Assembly (NCBI GenBank): GCA_002269645.1
Contig: NIVC01002094.1
Span: 1 to 64,000 of the forward strand
DNA: 64,000 bases
Reading direction: 5' to 3'
Source: Macrostomum lignano
Lineage: Eukaryota
Numbering within the stretch: position 1 is the stretch's first letter; every line of letters starts with the position of its first letter. A program made the translations under genes and the position numbers. Below are positions 27,340 to 41,156 of the stretch, piece after piece. The notes below the pieces were generated by a model. The model was given only the letters and a program-made list of their open reading frames with translations, did not search any database and had not been told where the DNA came from.

Positions 27340-27388
<49 letters not shown>

Positions 27389-27600
27389 GCCAATAGAAAC
27401 AGCCGAGCGAATCCCAAGGTTGCGCCCAAGCATGTATTAGGGGATGCTTGCTATCTGGGTGGATGCTTGCTAGGAGTATTAAGGGATACTTGCTATCTGG
27501 GTAGATGCTTGCTGGGAGTTTTAGGGGATGCTTGCTATCTGCGGTTGCTTACTTTTGGAGGAAGGTGCTTGCTACTGGGGGGATGCTTACTGTCTTGGGA
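26950..27600. repeat. Degenerate gatgcttgctatct-based minisatellite interrupted by a palindromic insertion
   Basis: Repeated GATGCTTGCTA cores on both sides of 27229-27433. Confidence 0.8.
27229..27433. mobile_element. ~205-bp palindromic MITE-like insertion containing (TG)~21
   Basis: Imperfect inverted arms (gcgcaaccttggg...ctattgg / ccaatag...cccaaggttgcgc) are flanked by the direct repeat GTATTAGGG at 27220-27228 and 27434-27442. The outermost bases do not pair. Confidence 0.6.
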
Positions 27601-29557
27601 ATATTTTCTATTTAGGGGTAATGACTGTGATCTTTGTAAAAGCTATATTTTCGTGTCTGTTTATTAATTTTAGAAAAAAAGAGATTCATAGCAAATATCA
27701 TTGTCCGTGACAATTTTAAATAAATAAGGTGATTTTTAAAAGTGATAAAAGACTTGGTTTTTAAGAAAATGTGCTTTTTAATTGATTTCCATAAACTATT
27801 TTTGCATTCTTATTGGGCGCCCTGAAGGGGGGGCCGCACTAGATTGCTAGTAGCTGTTCTAATAATGGTGTTTTCACTGTGGATTAAGAGATGCTTGGTA
27901 ATTTTGGTTCCACTTTATCTAGCAGACAATAGAAAGAAAACTTGATTCCACTGACTCTGAAGGGCAAGGCTATGGAGAAAACTCATCTTTAAACCTTTAG
28001 CCAAAAGCAAGCACTTAGTGTAGCATAAGCAAGCACTAGTACCACTAGATCTGATTAGCAATTTTATTGGTTTTATCCATAGAGGTTTCTATATCTTTCT
28101 GATAAATTCAAAGTTAAATTTTGCAAAAAAGATAAAAAAAGAATACTATAGACATTAAAGGTTATGTAACACTAGCCTAGTACTGACCTTTCTTTATATT
28201 TCCTTGTGTAACTCCTAACTAAAAATCTCTAGTTTGATATATAAACCATAAAAATTAATCAATGTACTAAAGAACTAAAGAAAAGTTTCTAGAAACCTTT
28301 GGGATACCTCTTGTAAGTTGCAAAAATTGATAATGTCAATAACAAATCCCAGTTAGTCTCATTCTTGCAGTCATATAGTGCATACTCGCACATGCTTAAT
28401 AAGCCTTGGAAATATACATCCTTGAAAATTTGGCTAGTTGCCAATAGGCAACCAAGAATAGCCATTGGCAACTGGATTTTGAGCGACAAAGGCTAGCTAG
28501 ATTTCCTACCTTTAAAAAACCCAGTATATAAATGGAATTAGACTAGGGGCTTAACAAAAACTACAGTCAAAAAAGATTTCAGTTTTTGTATTATAAATAT
28601 AGATAGTTAGTTTCAAATCTAATTTTATTACCAGATTAGTATCTTTGACATTAGTATATCTTTGAGATTAGTATCATTAGTATAATGATTAATTAAATAT
28701 AATATAACAAGTTAAGTTGCTATATCAAGTTGCTAAATAATAGTTGAAAGAGTACATATAATAAATATTCATGTTGTGGCCATCTTGGTCTTACATCATT
28801 TCTATAGGAGTATAGTATAAGAAATAAATAAAATGAATCAGTATATTATATTCAATATTAGGCCCCTAATTTTTTAATTAACATTATTACAATTTATTAA
28901 TATAATAAATCTATTAGGAGATACATGTTAAACCTAGCTAGTTGATTAGTCCATTTGCAGATATGAGATATATTATCAACCTGCTGAAAAATAGGGATAG
29001 ATATTTGGTTTTAAATATAGCGTATCCAAGTCCGGATAGGGGCATTTTTCTAAATGAATGGCTAGATATGTGTAGATATGAAATTTTATCCGAACTATAT
29101 CTGGACCAGTTGTATCTAGCTAAATAACTAGATTATCACCTAGATATATGACAAAACATCCAGATATGTGGCTTTAATCTAGCCTTATAGCCGGATACAT
29201 TTCCGGACTTATGTCTGGATTCAATGCATATATCTAGATGTTTCGTCTGGATACTGAACTACAATATCCAAACAAAACATCCGGATATATAAAGTTGGCA
29301 TCACTTATCCAAAGAAACAACCGGATATCCTCCCACTGAATAGATGCAGAGAATATCCAGTCAAACTAAAGAAAATCTAAACCAAAATCTTTCCCTATTT
29401 TTAAGTGAGAAAAAGTATTAATCTGGAATTATTAATGTCAAATGTGTCATTTTTCAAATTTTAGTATTATTTTAGTATTTTTAATATTTAATATTTTTAT
29501 TTTAAAAATAGTTTTAGTTTATTTATCACCAGAAAAATACTAATCTAGCAAGTATGA

Positions 29558-29890
29558 TCTCTACCTATAAAAATCAAACCTCTGTCTGTGTGTGTGTGTG
29601 TCTATGTACAAAGTTGATCACTATGGACTCCCAAACCGCTCAACCAAATTACACCAAACTTTACACCCACCCTAAACTTACTATGGAAAATGTCTTAGGC
29701 TACCTTTAAATTTCCTAGACTCGAGTCTTCCTACCTAAAAGTACAAAAAACTGCTCAAAATGCACAATTTTTTCACTAAATCCTCCATAGCACTGCTCCA
29801 CTTTTGCCAATCCTCTTCAAATTTGACACAGACAATCTTTAACTATTTTGACACAATCGTGTAAAATTTTGAGTCTCAAAGTTAATCCTG
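29558..29890 (+). mobile_element. Dispersed Helitron-like family, copy 1 (5' part)
   Basis: A|TCTCTACCTATAAAAATCAAACCTCTGTCTGTGTG start; ~330 bp shared with the copies at 36614 and 60569. Confidence 0.6.
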
Positions 29891-30809
29891 AACAGCGCTA
29901 TGCACTTTTAAAGTTAGGCTGCTTTTTTTTAGCAAAACAGCCACCCGAACCTCCACCTGCCTGCCTCTCTTTCCCAATCCCGATCTGGGCCCAGATGTGT
30001 AAAATGGGTTTCAAAATTGACTAACTTTCAGCTGCCATAAGTTTGCTCCAATTAAAGTGATTGACTTTAAACTTGACACAATTCTTCATTGACTCATTCT
30101 CTGTCTAAATGTAAAGTGTCAACTCTCTAACTCAATCAGAACAGAAACTGTAAGCATGTGAAGTTTGTCTGCTTTTTCTGTTGTTTGTGCCACTCAGTCA
30201 CTCATTCCCCCAGAGCCAGACAAAGGGTCAGGCGATAGGACTGAATGCACATAGCAAATGTATAGTGTTTTTGAATAACTTTATTTATAGCCTTCTCTGC
30301 ACCCCGAGAGTGGAAAGGCTATGTTTAGCCATAACAGTTTAGTGAGAAATTCTAACCACTGCCCTCCCCTCTGTATTGGCAAACTCTGCAGCAGTTTAAC
30401 ACTGGATGGCAATTGGCAAATTGAGGGAATCCAGCATGGTTTATAAAAGCAAAAGATTTATGAAAAGGCAATGCGATGCAATGCAATACAACCCTACTAA
30501 ATTAGGCACACCATGGAAATTTTAGGTTTCTTTTAAAGGTACTGTGTAAATTTTAAATGGCCTCCTAAGAAATGCGTATTTCCTTGGTTGTTAGACTGAT
30601 GCAGACTGCAGTGGAGCTGAAGATACACAAATTCCTTTCAGGGCTGCAAATTGGCAAGAAAGATGACCTGATCAAAGCATGAGAACAACCATGAGAGTAC
30701 TATGTCCCACAAACTGGCTTTTCAAGCAGGGATGGGCAGACTTTTACCTCAAAGGCCAGATAAAGAAACCAGCTCATAGCTGAGGGGCATATGAAAGTGG
30801 AAAGAAGAA

Positions 30810-31465
30810 GGAATAGAGGAGAGGAGATGAGAGGCGACAGAGGGGATAAAAGAAAAGATAAAAGATAATAGGAGAGATGAGGGGTGAGGACGATGAGATA
30901 GACGGGGAGAAGAGGGGAGAGAGGAAAAGCGAGAGGAGAGAGTAGAGATGAGAGAGCAGAGAGCTGCAGATGAGAGGAGAGAGGAGACAGCAGAGAGGAG
31001 AGCAGAGAGGAAACAGGTGAAAGAAGAGATGAGAGAGTAAAGAGAAGAGAGAAGGGATAAAGATAGAGATGAGAGAGGTGGAAGGAGAGATAAGAGATAA
31101 CGGAGAGAGGAGAGTGGAGTGAGAGAAGAGAGGAAGACAGAGTATAGAAAGGGGAAGAGAAGAGAAAAGAAGAAAGGAGAAAGGAAAGTGAGGAGTCAAA
31201 AGAGGGGAAAGAAAAGAGTACAGAGGAGAGAGGTGAAAGAACATATAAGACAGAGATGCCAGATTAAAGAGGGGGATGAGAGAGCAGAGACGAGAGTGAA
31301 CAGATAAAAGATGGGAGAGTAGAGAGAACAGAGGAGAGGTTACAGAGACGAGAGGAGAGAGGAGAGACAAAGGTAGAGAAGTGAGTGAGGAGAGAGGAGA
31401 GGAAAGAGGAGAATGGAGAGGGGAGAGAGTAGAGAGAGGAGGAGAGATAAGAGAGAAAGACAGAG

Positions 31466-31522
<57 letters not shown>

Positions 31523-31980
31523 GGGGGGAGCAGAGAGAAATGAGAAGAGATAAGAGATAAAAGATAAAAGAAAAGAAAGGAATGATGAGAGAGCAAAGAC
31601 GAGAGAGAAAAGAGGTGAGGGAAGAGAGGAGAGGAGAGAGAAACAAAGAGACAAGAGATGAGATAAGAGAGATGAAAGAGAAGAGAGATGAGGGAAGATA
31701 CGAGAGAAGAGGGGAGAGATGAGAGAGTAGAGGAGAGAGTTAAGAGAAGAGAGAAAAGAATAGAAAGGAGAAGGAAGATAAGAGAAAAGAGGGGGTGAGA
31801 GGAGAGGGGGAGAGAGGAGAGGGGGAGAGAGGAGAGAGGAGAGGAGAGAGAAAAGAAGAGACAAGAGATGAGATAAGAGAGATGAAAGAGAAGAGAGATG
31901 AGAGAAGATACGAGAGAAGAGGGGAGAGAGGAGAGAGGAGAGACGAAGGATGAGAGAGATGAGAGGAAACAAAGAGACGA
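30810..31980 (+). repeat. AG-rich low-complexity tract with a pure (GA)n core at ~31473-31520
   Basis: Polypurine tract; the overlapping ORFs are artefacts. Confidence 0.9.
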
Positions 31981-32340
31981 TAGAAATTTTAAAGGATCCA
32001 AGGGACGTACGGAGAGTCAGGGAGAGACCAGAGTTTAGCAATATATGTTTTAGAGTCAGACAGACATTGCCTGACATTCTGCGCAGTACCCCAGCCAACA
32101 ATGTCTCAAACCCTAATTTTACACGAGTGTGCTCCATTTTATGTCTACCTCTATCCTACTAACTGTTAACAAGTTTTTGTTTGTGTATGGCCTTAGATTT
32201 CAGAATACATGCAAAAGTAGTTCCAGGTAGGTATTGGAATTCCCCGGGTTCAAAATCCGCGAGTTTCAACAGCTTGTACATCTATAAAAATGAAAACTTG
32301 TGGAAAAACTATTTGTCAAGTCCAAGCTTTTTCTACAGGA

Positions 32341-32604
32341 AGATTTGCCCACAGTGCAATTTTCCCATGAGTGAATTGCTTGCATCTGGCAAGTGAATTG
32401 GCTGTTGAGTTTTTTCTCACTAAGGTTTGCCTATAATGCTTTTTCCTATAGCACATTTAGATTTTGTCCGTATTGCCTCCCTAATGATTAATAAGTCTTA
32501 ATAAAATGTGCTAGCCTATAGGAAAAATGCATTGCGGGCAAACCTTGGTAGGCAGATCTCCACAGGCAATTCACTTGTAAGCAAAATGCACTGTGGGCAA
32601 ATCT
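32341..32604. repeat. Imperfect inverted repeat, decayed MITE-like
   Basis: agatttgcccacagtgca...cctatagcacattt pairs with aaatgtgctagcctatagg...tgcactgtgggcaaatct. No TSD seen. Confidence 0.6.
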
Positions 32605-34339
32605 TGGCAAGAAATCTCAATGACAGTGGGCAAATCTTAGCGGGCAAATCTCCTACATGCAAATCTTAGTAGCAATTCTTATTGACCCTTTTGATTTGTT
32701 TATTTGTTTATGTATTTGTTTTGGTATTTATTTCATTATTTGTTTATTTATTTGATTTGTTTATATATATATATATATATTTATTCATTATAGACTCCCA
32801 AATTGCTCAACTCCCAAACATAGTTTGGATTATATATTTAGATTTTCTAGATTCAATATGTTTTAGGCAAAACAATACAAATTTTATCAATATTTTAAGA
32901 TATTTAATTCAAATAAGACAAAGCTAAAAGCTGAAAATAGCAGTTCTCTATATACCATTTTATATATTTTTAAAACAAAAGTAAACTTTGTGCACTTGTT
33001 AAAATTCACAACCTTTAATTTGTAAAAAACTGAAATTTTTAGGTGAATCATTTTTGGAAACCAATTGATGAGTAGGCCATCACCCTTACAGAAGATCTTG
33101 CATAGTAAAAATTAGAGATTTTGTTATTATAGTTACTGATGTGGAAGGCCTTTTAATTTCAATAATCATAAATAGTGTGGCAGTGAAGATTAAGCTACTT
33201 TGTGTGCGTATTTATATTTTTACAGATATCGCGAGATTGAGGGGCCAAGCCAAGGGAGGTGCAAAACAAATGGCGTAGTGAGATTAGCTATACCAACCCC
33301 CCCCAGCTTAGCAAGTCGGCTAGCATGGTATGCACCCACCCCACCTCAGCTAGACAGAGGTTGGAGGGGGGTTTCCAGTGCAGCTACACTGGTGTTGCTG
33401 GTCGCATAGTCTTGCTGCCACTACTTATTTTTAGTGTTTTCATATGGGAAAAATTGCTGGACATATCAGGAAAAAAACAAAGATAAGAGGAGAAAAGAGA
33501 GAAAGAAGAAAAGAAGAAATAGCAATAAATCAAAATTATTTTTTGTATTGAAATCAAAATTGAAATTTTCAGTTTTTTATAATCAAATTGAAATTGAAAT
33601 CAAAATTGAAATTGAAATTTTCTGAGCTCAACAAATTTTTATATTTTATTAATCATGCAAAATGCTTAACACCTTGCATCTGTATATACAAGCTTACATG
33701 TTTTTTTATGAAATATCCTTAGTGTTTGAACCAGAATACTTGAAGTTGTTCACTTGAAAATTATGAAATAGAAAATGCTGATATTTATATATTATATGCT
33801 CATGCTTAGAATAGAGGGTGTATTATACTTCACTGTTGTTTAAACTGGAGATCTAGATACATCAATTTCATTAAGACTTCAAAAAGTCTTTAGCCAATTA
33901 AAATCTATATGCCAATGAGTTTAGCCAGTGGGCTTCTATGGAAATTAAGATACATGGAGGTGCAGCACAAGGCTTAAAACAATGTGTATACCTTACACAA
34001 TCTTTTCTTGTAAAAAGCAATTCTCATCTCCCCATTAAGTCTTTAAACCATGTTTCCTTTTACTTTGTATATATTTTCCTACTTGTATAGCATAATCATT
34101 AGTGTCTAATTGTTAAAATATAACCAAAATTTCAAAATAATTTTTGATAAATGTCGTAGGGGTTCTGTCTTCTTTGCCTAAATCCCACTGCTGATTTACC
34201 AAAGTTGTTGTAGAGCTTACTTCTGCCTTTATTACTAATCCCACAATGTCACCAAGTTGTACTAGGCCTTTTGCCTCTACCACTAAATTGTCCTAATTCT
34301 TTCTAACTATTTCTTAGAATATTTCTAGGTAGCGTTCTT

Positions 34340-34445
34340 GTAGCATTCTTAGTAGTAGTCTGGTAGCATTCTTAGTATATTCTGGTAGCATTCTTAGTAT
34401 ATTCTGGTAGCATTCTTAGTATATTCTGGTAGCATTCTTAGTATA
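34340..34445. repeat. 22-bp tandem repeat (ggtagcattcttagtatattct), ~4.5 copies
   Basis: Directly visible. Confidence 0.9.
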
Positions 34446-35507
34446 TGGCCTGAGTGGTCAGAACTGAATTTGCTATTGAAAAATTGAACTTTGCAATTTA
34501 ACACAAGTGCACACAAAGTTAGTCTTCCTACCTCCAACTCTGCTCCTATTTATATTGCCTGATCACGTGTATTTTTAACAAATATAGAATATTTAAGAAT
34601 GTTTCGCAGATTAAAACAAAATATAGTTTTCGTGTAAAAATTTAAAACTAACCTTTCTTAGAAACAATCAACTGCTTCTATATAAATAGTGTTAAAGTTT
34701 GAAATTGAAACTGAAATTGTTTCAATACAAAATTGGGTTTGAAATTTGGAATATCAAAATTGAAATTGAGTTTTGATCCATCACTATGAAAAAAGAAGAA
34801 AGGAAAGAATCTTATCATTCACCATTAGACTTATCTGTGTAATCCTTATAACTTAAGTTAAGTAATAGTATTTTGTATAGTATCTCAAGGCAAAGAGGCC
34901 TCTAACCAGATGATGTGGCCAGCTAGTCAAAGTTATTATATGTCAATTAGGTCAAAAGGCTACATCAGGCATGCCCCAGTGTAGAGTGCAACATAGGTCT
35001 TGCTGCCTAGATTGCTATGCACACTAAATGCTACATGTACCACAGCCATAAGCACAACATTCAGCTGCCTCTCCAAGGCATCTATCAGGGTCTAGGTCTT
35101 GATATTGTATAATAGTTATAGAAAGTTTACTAGCTCTTAGTATGTATAGATATTATAGATATAGATAAGCTATAAGAAAATATTGAGATATGGCTATGCA
35201 TATGGATATGGGAAAATATGGGAAAACCATGGAACTATTGCCAAAAATTTATATTTAAAGACATCTTTCCTTTATATTTATAGTAATTGTATTTTTAGTA
35301 TATTGGAAGGTAAATGCTATTATTGCAAAATTGATAAAAACTAGAACTGCAATATTCTAAGATGAAAACAAAATTGGACTTCTTCAAGTTTATGTTGATA
35401 AAATAGTTGCAATTTTGATAAGATCATAATTTTGTCTCTATAAAGGTTTTGGATGGTGCTGATTTCAAATTTGAGCTCCATTTTTTGGTAGCTTTAACCC
35501 AATTATA

Positions 35508-35842
35508 TGTAGCTTAAAACCAACCACTGGGGCATGGGGAATGGGGGGTTTTAGGGTGGGGAGATTCTTCATGGGGATTGATTTTATCAACATAAACTTA
35601 AATAGAGGCATGGAGACCTATTCAAGATTGTGTTGATAAATTCCAATCCTAATAGGGGGGAGGAGGGGGGGTTGTAGCTTAAAACCAACGACTGGGACAT
35701 GGGGTCGGGGATTGGGGAAGGGGGGTTTAGGGTAAGGAGATTCTTCATGGGGATTGATTTTATCAACATAAACTTGAATAGAGGCATGGAGACCTATTCA
35801 AGATTCTGTTGATAAATTCCAATCCTAATAGGGGGGGGGGGG
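35508..35842. repeat. ~165-bp tandem duplication
   Basis: Two copies beginning tgtagcttaaaaccaac and ending in G runs. Confidence 0.85.
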
Positions 35843-36613
35843 TTGTCTGAATCAGACGACACAAGAAAAGAGTCAACATATTTCAGATTCAGAAGTTGGT
35901 TAAATTCTATAACTTAATCTATATGAATTTGCTTACCGAAATCAGGTGCTGTTATTGCCATAATACAATATAATTAGTAGTATAGCCTTGTACAGTAATT
36001 GGTTGAGAGGTGCGAAGTGCTTTGAAGTTGCGAACGTTGCTTTGGCTGGGTGCAGTGAAAGTGCAAGTGCACAGATCCCGAAAGCGGGTCGTGACGTGGC
36101 AATTTAAAAAAAGCGAACAGTGTCTATGCATTATAACTAAATTGAAAAACTATTATCATCGAACGTAAAAGACAATTGCATATTAATTTTTAGATATTAT
36201 TATTTATCTTTAATTGGCCCAATGAAGTTCTAGCCCATGTGCTATTATATTAAAAGTCTAGTGAATACACTTTCAAAAATGTATTCGTAGAAACTTTTGC
36301 TTACCGAACCTCATTAAGAGAATAGGGAATCGAGTAAATCGTGATTGTATCAACCGTACAGGTAACTTTCTACAGTTTTTTTGCATTTTTGAAATTTTTG
36401 GTGCCCCATAAGTGTCCACTGCAAGTTTCAGAAAAATCGGAAAATCAGAAGTATTTTATCAACATAAACTTGAAGTAGTCCACAAAATTTTCTTGTATAA
36501 ACACAATTTTTCTCTATTTCATTAAATCTTTAGATTTCTAATAGAAATTAAAATAAATATATAGATATTATTTTAGCAGTCTATGGATTTTGCCCTTTAG
36601 CAAACAAAAACTA

Positions 36614-36945
36614 TCTCTACATATAAAAATAAAAACTCTGTTTATGTGTCTGTCTGTATATATACAATTTTGATTGCTATGGAGTCCCAAACTACTCAGC
36701 CAAATTACACCAAATTTTCAACCCACACTAAATGCCCTACAGAGATTTTCTTAGGCCACCTTTAAATTTACTAAATTAGAATCTCTCTACCTAAAAGTGC
36801 AAAAATTGCTCAAAATATGCATTTTTTTCATTCAATCCTCCATAGTGCCACTCCAGTTTTACCAATCCTCTTCAATTTTCAATTTTCACAATTTTCAACT
36901 ATTTTGACACAATTGTGTAAAATTTCAAGTCTTGAAAATTTATCC
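36614..36945 (+). mobile_element. Dispersed Helitron-like family, copy 2 (5' part), followed by an AG-rich tract to ~37200
   Basis: A|TCTCTACATATAAAAATAAAAACTCTG start; colinear with 29558-29890. Confidence 0.6.
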
Positions 36946-38100
36946 TAAGAGGATAGAGGAAGAGGAGAGACAGAGGAGGGATGAGAGAAGCAATAAGAGA
37001 GGGTAGAGGTGAGAAGAGGGAGAGAAAAGAGAGATGAGATGACAGAAAAAAGTAGAGAAGAGTGAGAAGATAGTAGAGATGAGAGAGCAAAGAGATGAGA
37101 GGATCCAGGAGAGAGAGTAGGAAGGAGAGAGAAAAAAGAGATAAGAGGGATAGAAAAGAGTGAGAAGAGAGGAGATAAAGATGAGAGAGAGAGAGAGGAG
37201 GGCATCTCCAAACTCAGGCACTGACATGGTAGAAAGTTCAAAAGTTAGAAAGGACTGAAAAAAGTCAATTTTATTTGAGTTGCCAATATTTCAAAATTAT
37301 TATATTTCTTTGTCAGGGCAAGTGAAAAGTAGCGACCAGTGGCATTGTAAAGTTATTAAATAGGCAGAGTTAGAGGGGAAAGAGAATAGACAGGTAGATA
37401 GAGAGCATACAATATGTATACTTGGTGTGAATCAATAAAACACTATTAGACTTAAAATGCAAAATAATTGAATCAGTGCACAAATAAAGTGAACTGCATG
37501 TAGGCTGTATTGACCCTATATACAAAATAAATATTGGAGCAGTGCAACTGCACCAGTGTCTAAAAAGGGAAATAGTGATTCTAAGTACTTTAGAAAATGG
37601 ACCTCAATAAATAAATAAGCAGTAAATCAATAAATAAATATATAAGGTAAAAAAGCCCTCAAAAACTAAAAAAGAGCAATTGTACAATCATCAAAAGAGT
37701 AAAGAAAGTGTAATAAAAATGTACAGGGTGTCAAAAAACAATAGAAATGTAGATGCAGAATTAATGCTGAGAATATACAAAAGCTGACTATGGACTAGCA
37801 ATAAGAAGAAAAAATTCTAAGAAAGGAACAATAAAAGGCTAGATAGGTACCAGCATGGTTTGACAAAGCTAAGTAGTAGGGAAAGTAAAGTTAAAAATCA
37901 AAGGAAACAAATTCAATCAGTGGTGGACTCCAGTTGACTGGGACACAGCAGCTGCTAGAAGTTCTGCCTTTTGGTATAGGCGGGCAGCACCGGGGCCTCG
38001 CAGTGCCTAGCCACGCAGTCTTTCACTGCAGCTACGCATCCAACCTTGCACAATGAGGCAGGATCAGTGGGATGGCCGGGTTGTTTAGCATGCTAGCAAG

Positions 38101-39330
38101 CTCATTGACACCATGTGGAGCTTAAGTCTTTAACATTTCAATGAGCTTGGCCTTGTACTGTTGTTGCCACTTGTTTGCTCTGGGTCCTGTGCTATCATGT
38201 GACCAGATGCCGGTGAAGGCAAAGTCCACCAGAATGTGGCCATCACTGGTGAAATGGCAGGCCACCAGAATGTTATGGATGTGCCAGATATTGCCAATGT
38301 GCACCAGCATGTGGCCATGAATGCTGTTGGCAGTCTTGCCTACATAGAGTATGTGGTCGCACTGATGGCAGAACATGGTGTAAATGGCATTGGTGGCATT
38401 GCAGTCAATCCACTGACTAATGATGAGCTGGACTGTTGTGGCTGCTGAGCTGGGGCAGATAGAAGCAAACCTAGCGTGTGTCTGGCAGCACTTGCACAGC
38501 CAGGTTGGGTTGCACAGCAAAAAGCCAAATTCCCACTATCTCGTCAGGTAGAAGCCCAGCTCCATCAGCATCTTGTACTTATTGTGTGCAGGAACTGCCA
38601 ATTGTAGCCCTGGTGTTGCACCAAACTTGAAAACAGCCCGGTGCATGCTGCGTCAAAATCGGCTATCTAGGAACACCGCTGGGCGTATCTGAGGAGCTGG
38701 GACTTCACCACACCCTGGAAGGTTTGCTTCAAATGGAAAGAATTGTGGTGAATGAGCATTTGGCTGTTGGTCGGCTTGAAACACACCTTAGTTGCCAGGC
38801 GCTTAACATCGCCCTCGCGGTCCTAGAAGACGGTGGTATCCAGGAAGTTGACCTCTGTGCTGCTGTAGCACAGCTGCAACTTGATGTTCAGGTCAATGCC
38901 ATCCAGGAGCTTGTAGAAGTGGACCAGCTTGTCTCTCATTCCATGCCAGACGCCGAAGATGTCGTCAATGTAGTGCAGCCACAGGGCAGGCTTCTGCTGG
39001 CTGAGCTCCAGACCCCGCTGCTCCCAGTAGCCCATGTAGAGGTTGCTGTAGCTGGGTACAAATGATTTTCCCATGGCCATGCCTTTCACTTGCAGAAAAA
39101 ATTTGCCATCAAACTCGAAGTCATTGTGTTCTAGGTTCAGCTTAGGAGGCAGACTGAGGAGGCTTGTGTCCAGGCGCCAAGCATCCGGTTACTCCCTGAA
39201 GGCCCTCTGCATGCACCTAAGTCCGGCCATAGTCGGGATGTTAGTGTAAAGGCCAGCGACGTCCATGGTGAACAGGAAGGTCTCACCCGGTGCTGGGCAG
39301 GTGATGTCTCTGATGGCTGCCTTGAATGGG
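38101..39330 (-). mobile_element. Decayed Penelope-like retroelement (RT + GIY-YIG endonuclease)
   Basis: RT motifs: FTMDVAGLYTNIP, FEFDGKFFLQVKGMAMG..PSYSNLYMG, WLHYIDDIFGVW, VNFLDTTV. GIY-YIG motifs: CNATNAIYTMFCHQCDHILYVGKT and LKT*APHGVNE. Many stops and frameshifts. Confidence 0.9.
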
Positions 39331-39339
39331 ATGGAAAGG

Positions 39340-39355
39340 GGTGAGATAGGAGATT

Positions 39356-39419
<64 letters not shown>

Positions 39420-39835
39420 AGAAGGAGGAGGGAGAAAGGAGAGAGGAGAAAGGAAAGATGAGAGTAAAGGGAGGAGATGAGAGAAGAGATAAGATTGTAG
39501 AGATGAGAATGGTGAAGAGAGTCTAGAGATGAGTGATGAAGGAGTAGAGGAGAAATAAAATGAATCAGAAGAGGGGAAAGACATGAGAGAGGTGAGAGAA
39601 CAGAGGAGACGAGAGAAGAGAGGAAAGATGAGAGAGCAATAGAAAGAGAATAGAGAAGGAAGGAGAGGCGATAGAGGAGAGGGAGAGGAGGGATAAGAGA
39701 GGATAGAAGAGAGCAGAGAGTAGAGATAATTTAAAAAAGAGGAGGGATAGGAGAGAGAGAAGGCGAGATGATAGATAAGATAAGAAAACAAAGGCGAGAG
39801 AAGAGAAGTTTGATAAAATCAAAGAGACAGAGAAA
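39340..39835 (+). repeat. AG-rich low-complexity tract with a (GA)n core; the flank that follows (to ~40090) resembles the flank after the 30810-31980 tract
   Basis: Shared downstream sequence gggttcaaaatc...gtttcaacagcttgta at ~32250-32280 and ~40055-40090. Confidence 0.8.
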
Positions 39836-40875
39836 GGGGCAGAGGCCAGAGTTTGCCAACACATGCTTAGACAGATGTTTAGAGACTCATTTTGCATAGA
39901 AGCCCTGCTGATGATATCAATGCTTGCCTCAAGTTATAATTTAACACAAAATTACTCCATTTTTTAAACCTATGATAACTATTAATAAGTTTCTGTTAGA
40001 GCACAACTTCAAAAATTTGGAATTTTTGCAAAAATGGTTCTGGGATTGAAATTCTAGGGGTTCAAAATCTGCAGGTTTCAACAGCTTGTATAATTATAAT
40101 TGTAAAAAAATTCTTCAACACATGACAAAATGCATCTTGTTATTAAAATGGCAATTCATTGAATCTTGCATTTGTCCTAAAATGTATATTATCATTTAAA
40201 ACTACTTGTCACTAAAACAACGTATGTATTTATTTATATAATACATACATTCTATTAAGCACTTTTAATGTTTGCATTAATATGTAAATATTAATATGAG
40301 TTATTTTAATGAATGCTTATTCTAATTACCTAACAGTAGTATAACCAAATATTTGTTGAAATCTTGGCAAAAATTCACTTGGTCCCTTATTCTCCCTCTA
40401 ATTTTTTAGGTCTCCACCTAAGGGGGAAACTGCCACCTACCCCACTCCCTAGTTGCACCACTGTTACCCAACAATCTCCATATCTACATGTCTCATTAAG
40501 AATACTATAAATTTCTCTTTACTATTAATTTTGCTTTAGTCCTTATCAACTCTATTCACTATAGAACAAATATAAACAAAGGAAGCTATTATAAAACACT
40601 TGTATAAAATACTTGTTGTTGGGCCTTATCCCATTTTTACTTAGAAATTAGATGATAATAACTAATTTGGTTCTTTTCTTATTTCTTTTCAGCTTTTAGC
40701 ATTCAGTTTATTTAAATTATAGTTATAATCATTGATTATAACTGCCTTAAATGGCCAATCTACGTAGTAAATTCAAGTGAGAAATTGAATTCAAGTTCAA
40801 CTTCGTGTTCAATCTTAAAAAAACGTTTAAACGAGCAAAGGCCTGAGCACGACCACCTAAAAAACAACGCGGAAA

Positions 40876-41156
40876 ATGAGCGAAACGGATGGTGCTAATG
40901 CAGGTGCTACTGCAAGTACAACCGCCGACTCGAAGATTTTAGAATCCGCAGCAGCAGACGGTAAATTGGAAATGGTACAGGGCATTTTCGAATATATCAA
41001 AGAAGATAAAAGCGCGATCGAGATGTGTCTGAGAGCAGCGGAACGCGCTGGCCACAGAGGTCATCGGGGAGTGATGAATTTTTTGGTGGAGAAAGCTCAA
41101 GAGCTACGTCAGACGGATCATAGAGAAACAAATCCGGCTGGCCGCACTCGCTCGAG
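40876..41156 (+). CDS. Exon 1: ATG plus one or two degenerate ankyrin-like repeats
   Basis: AAADGKLEMVQ and AERAGH...VMNFLVEK resemble ANK helices; the ORF stop lies inside the donor AG|GTGAGT (phase 2). Confidence 0.55.

Noticed and set aside
28940-29340. Cluster of tatccaga/tatccgga/tatctaga motifs
   Set aside because: Probably a decayed MITE interior; no termini or TSD could be defined.
37920-38100. Possible hammerhead ribozyme downstream of the Penelope relic
   Set aside because: No intact CTGATGA/GAAA core with pairing stems was found on either strand.
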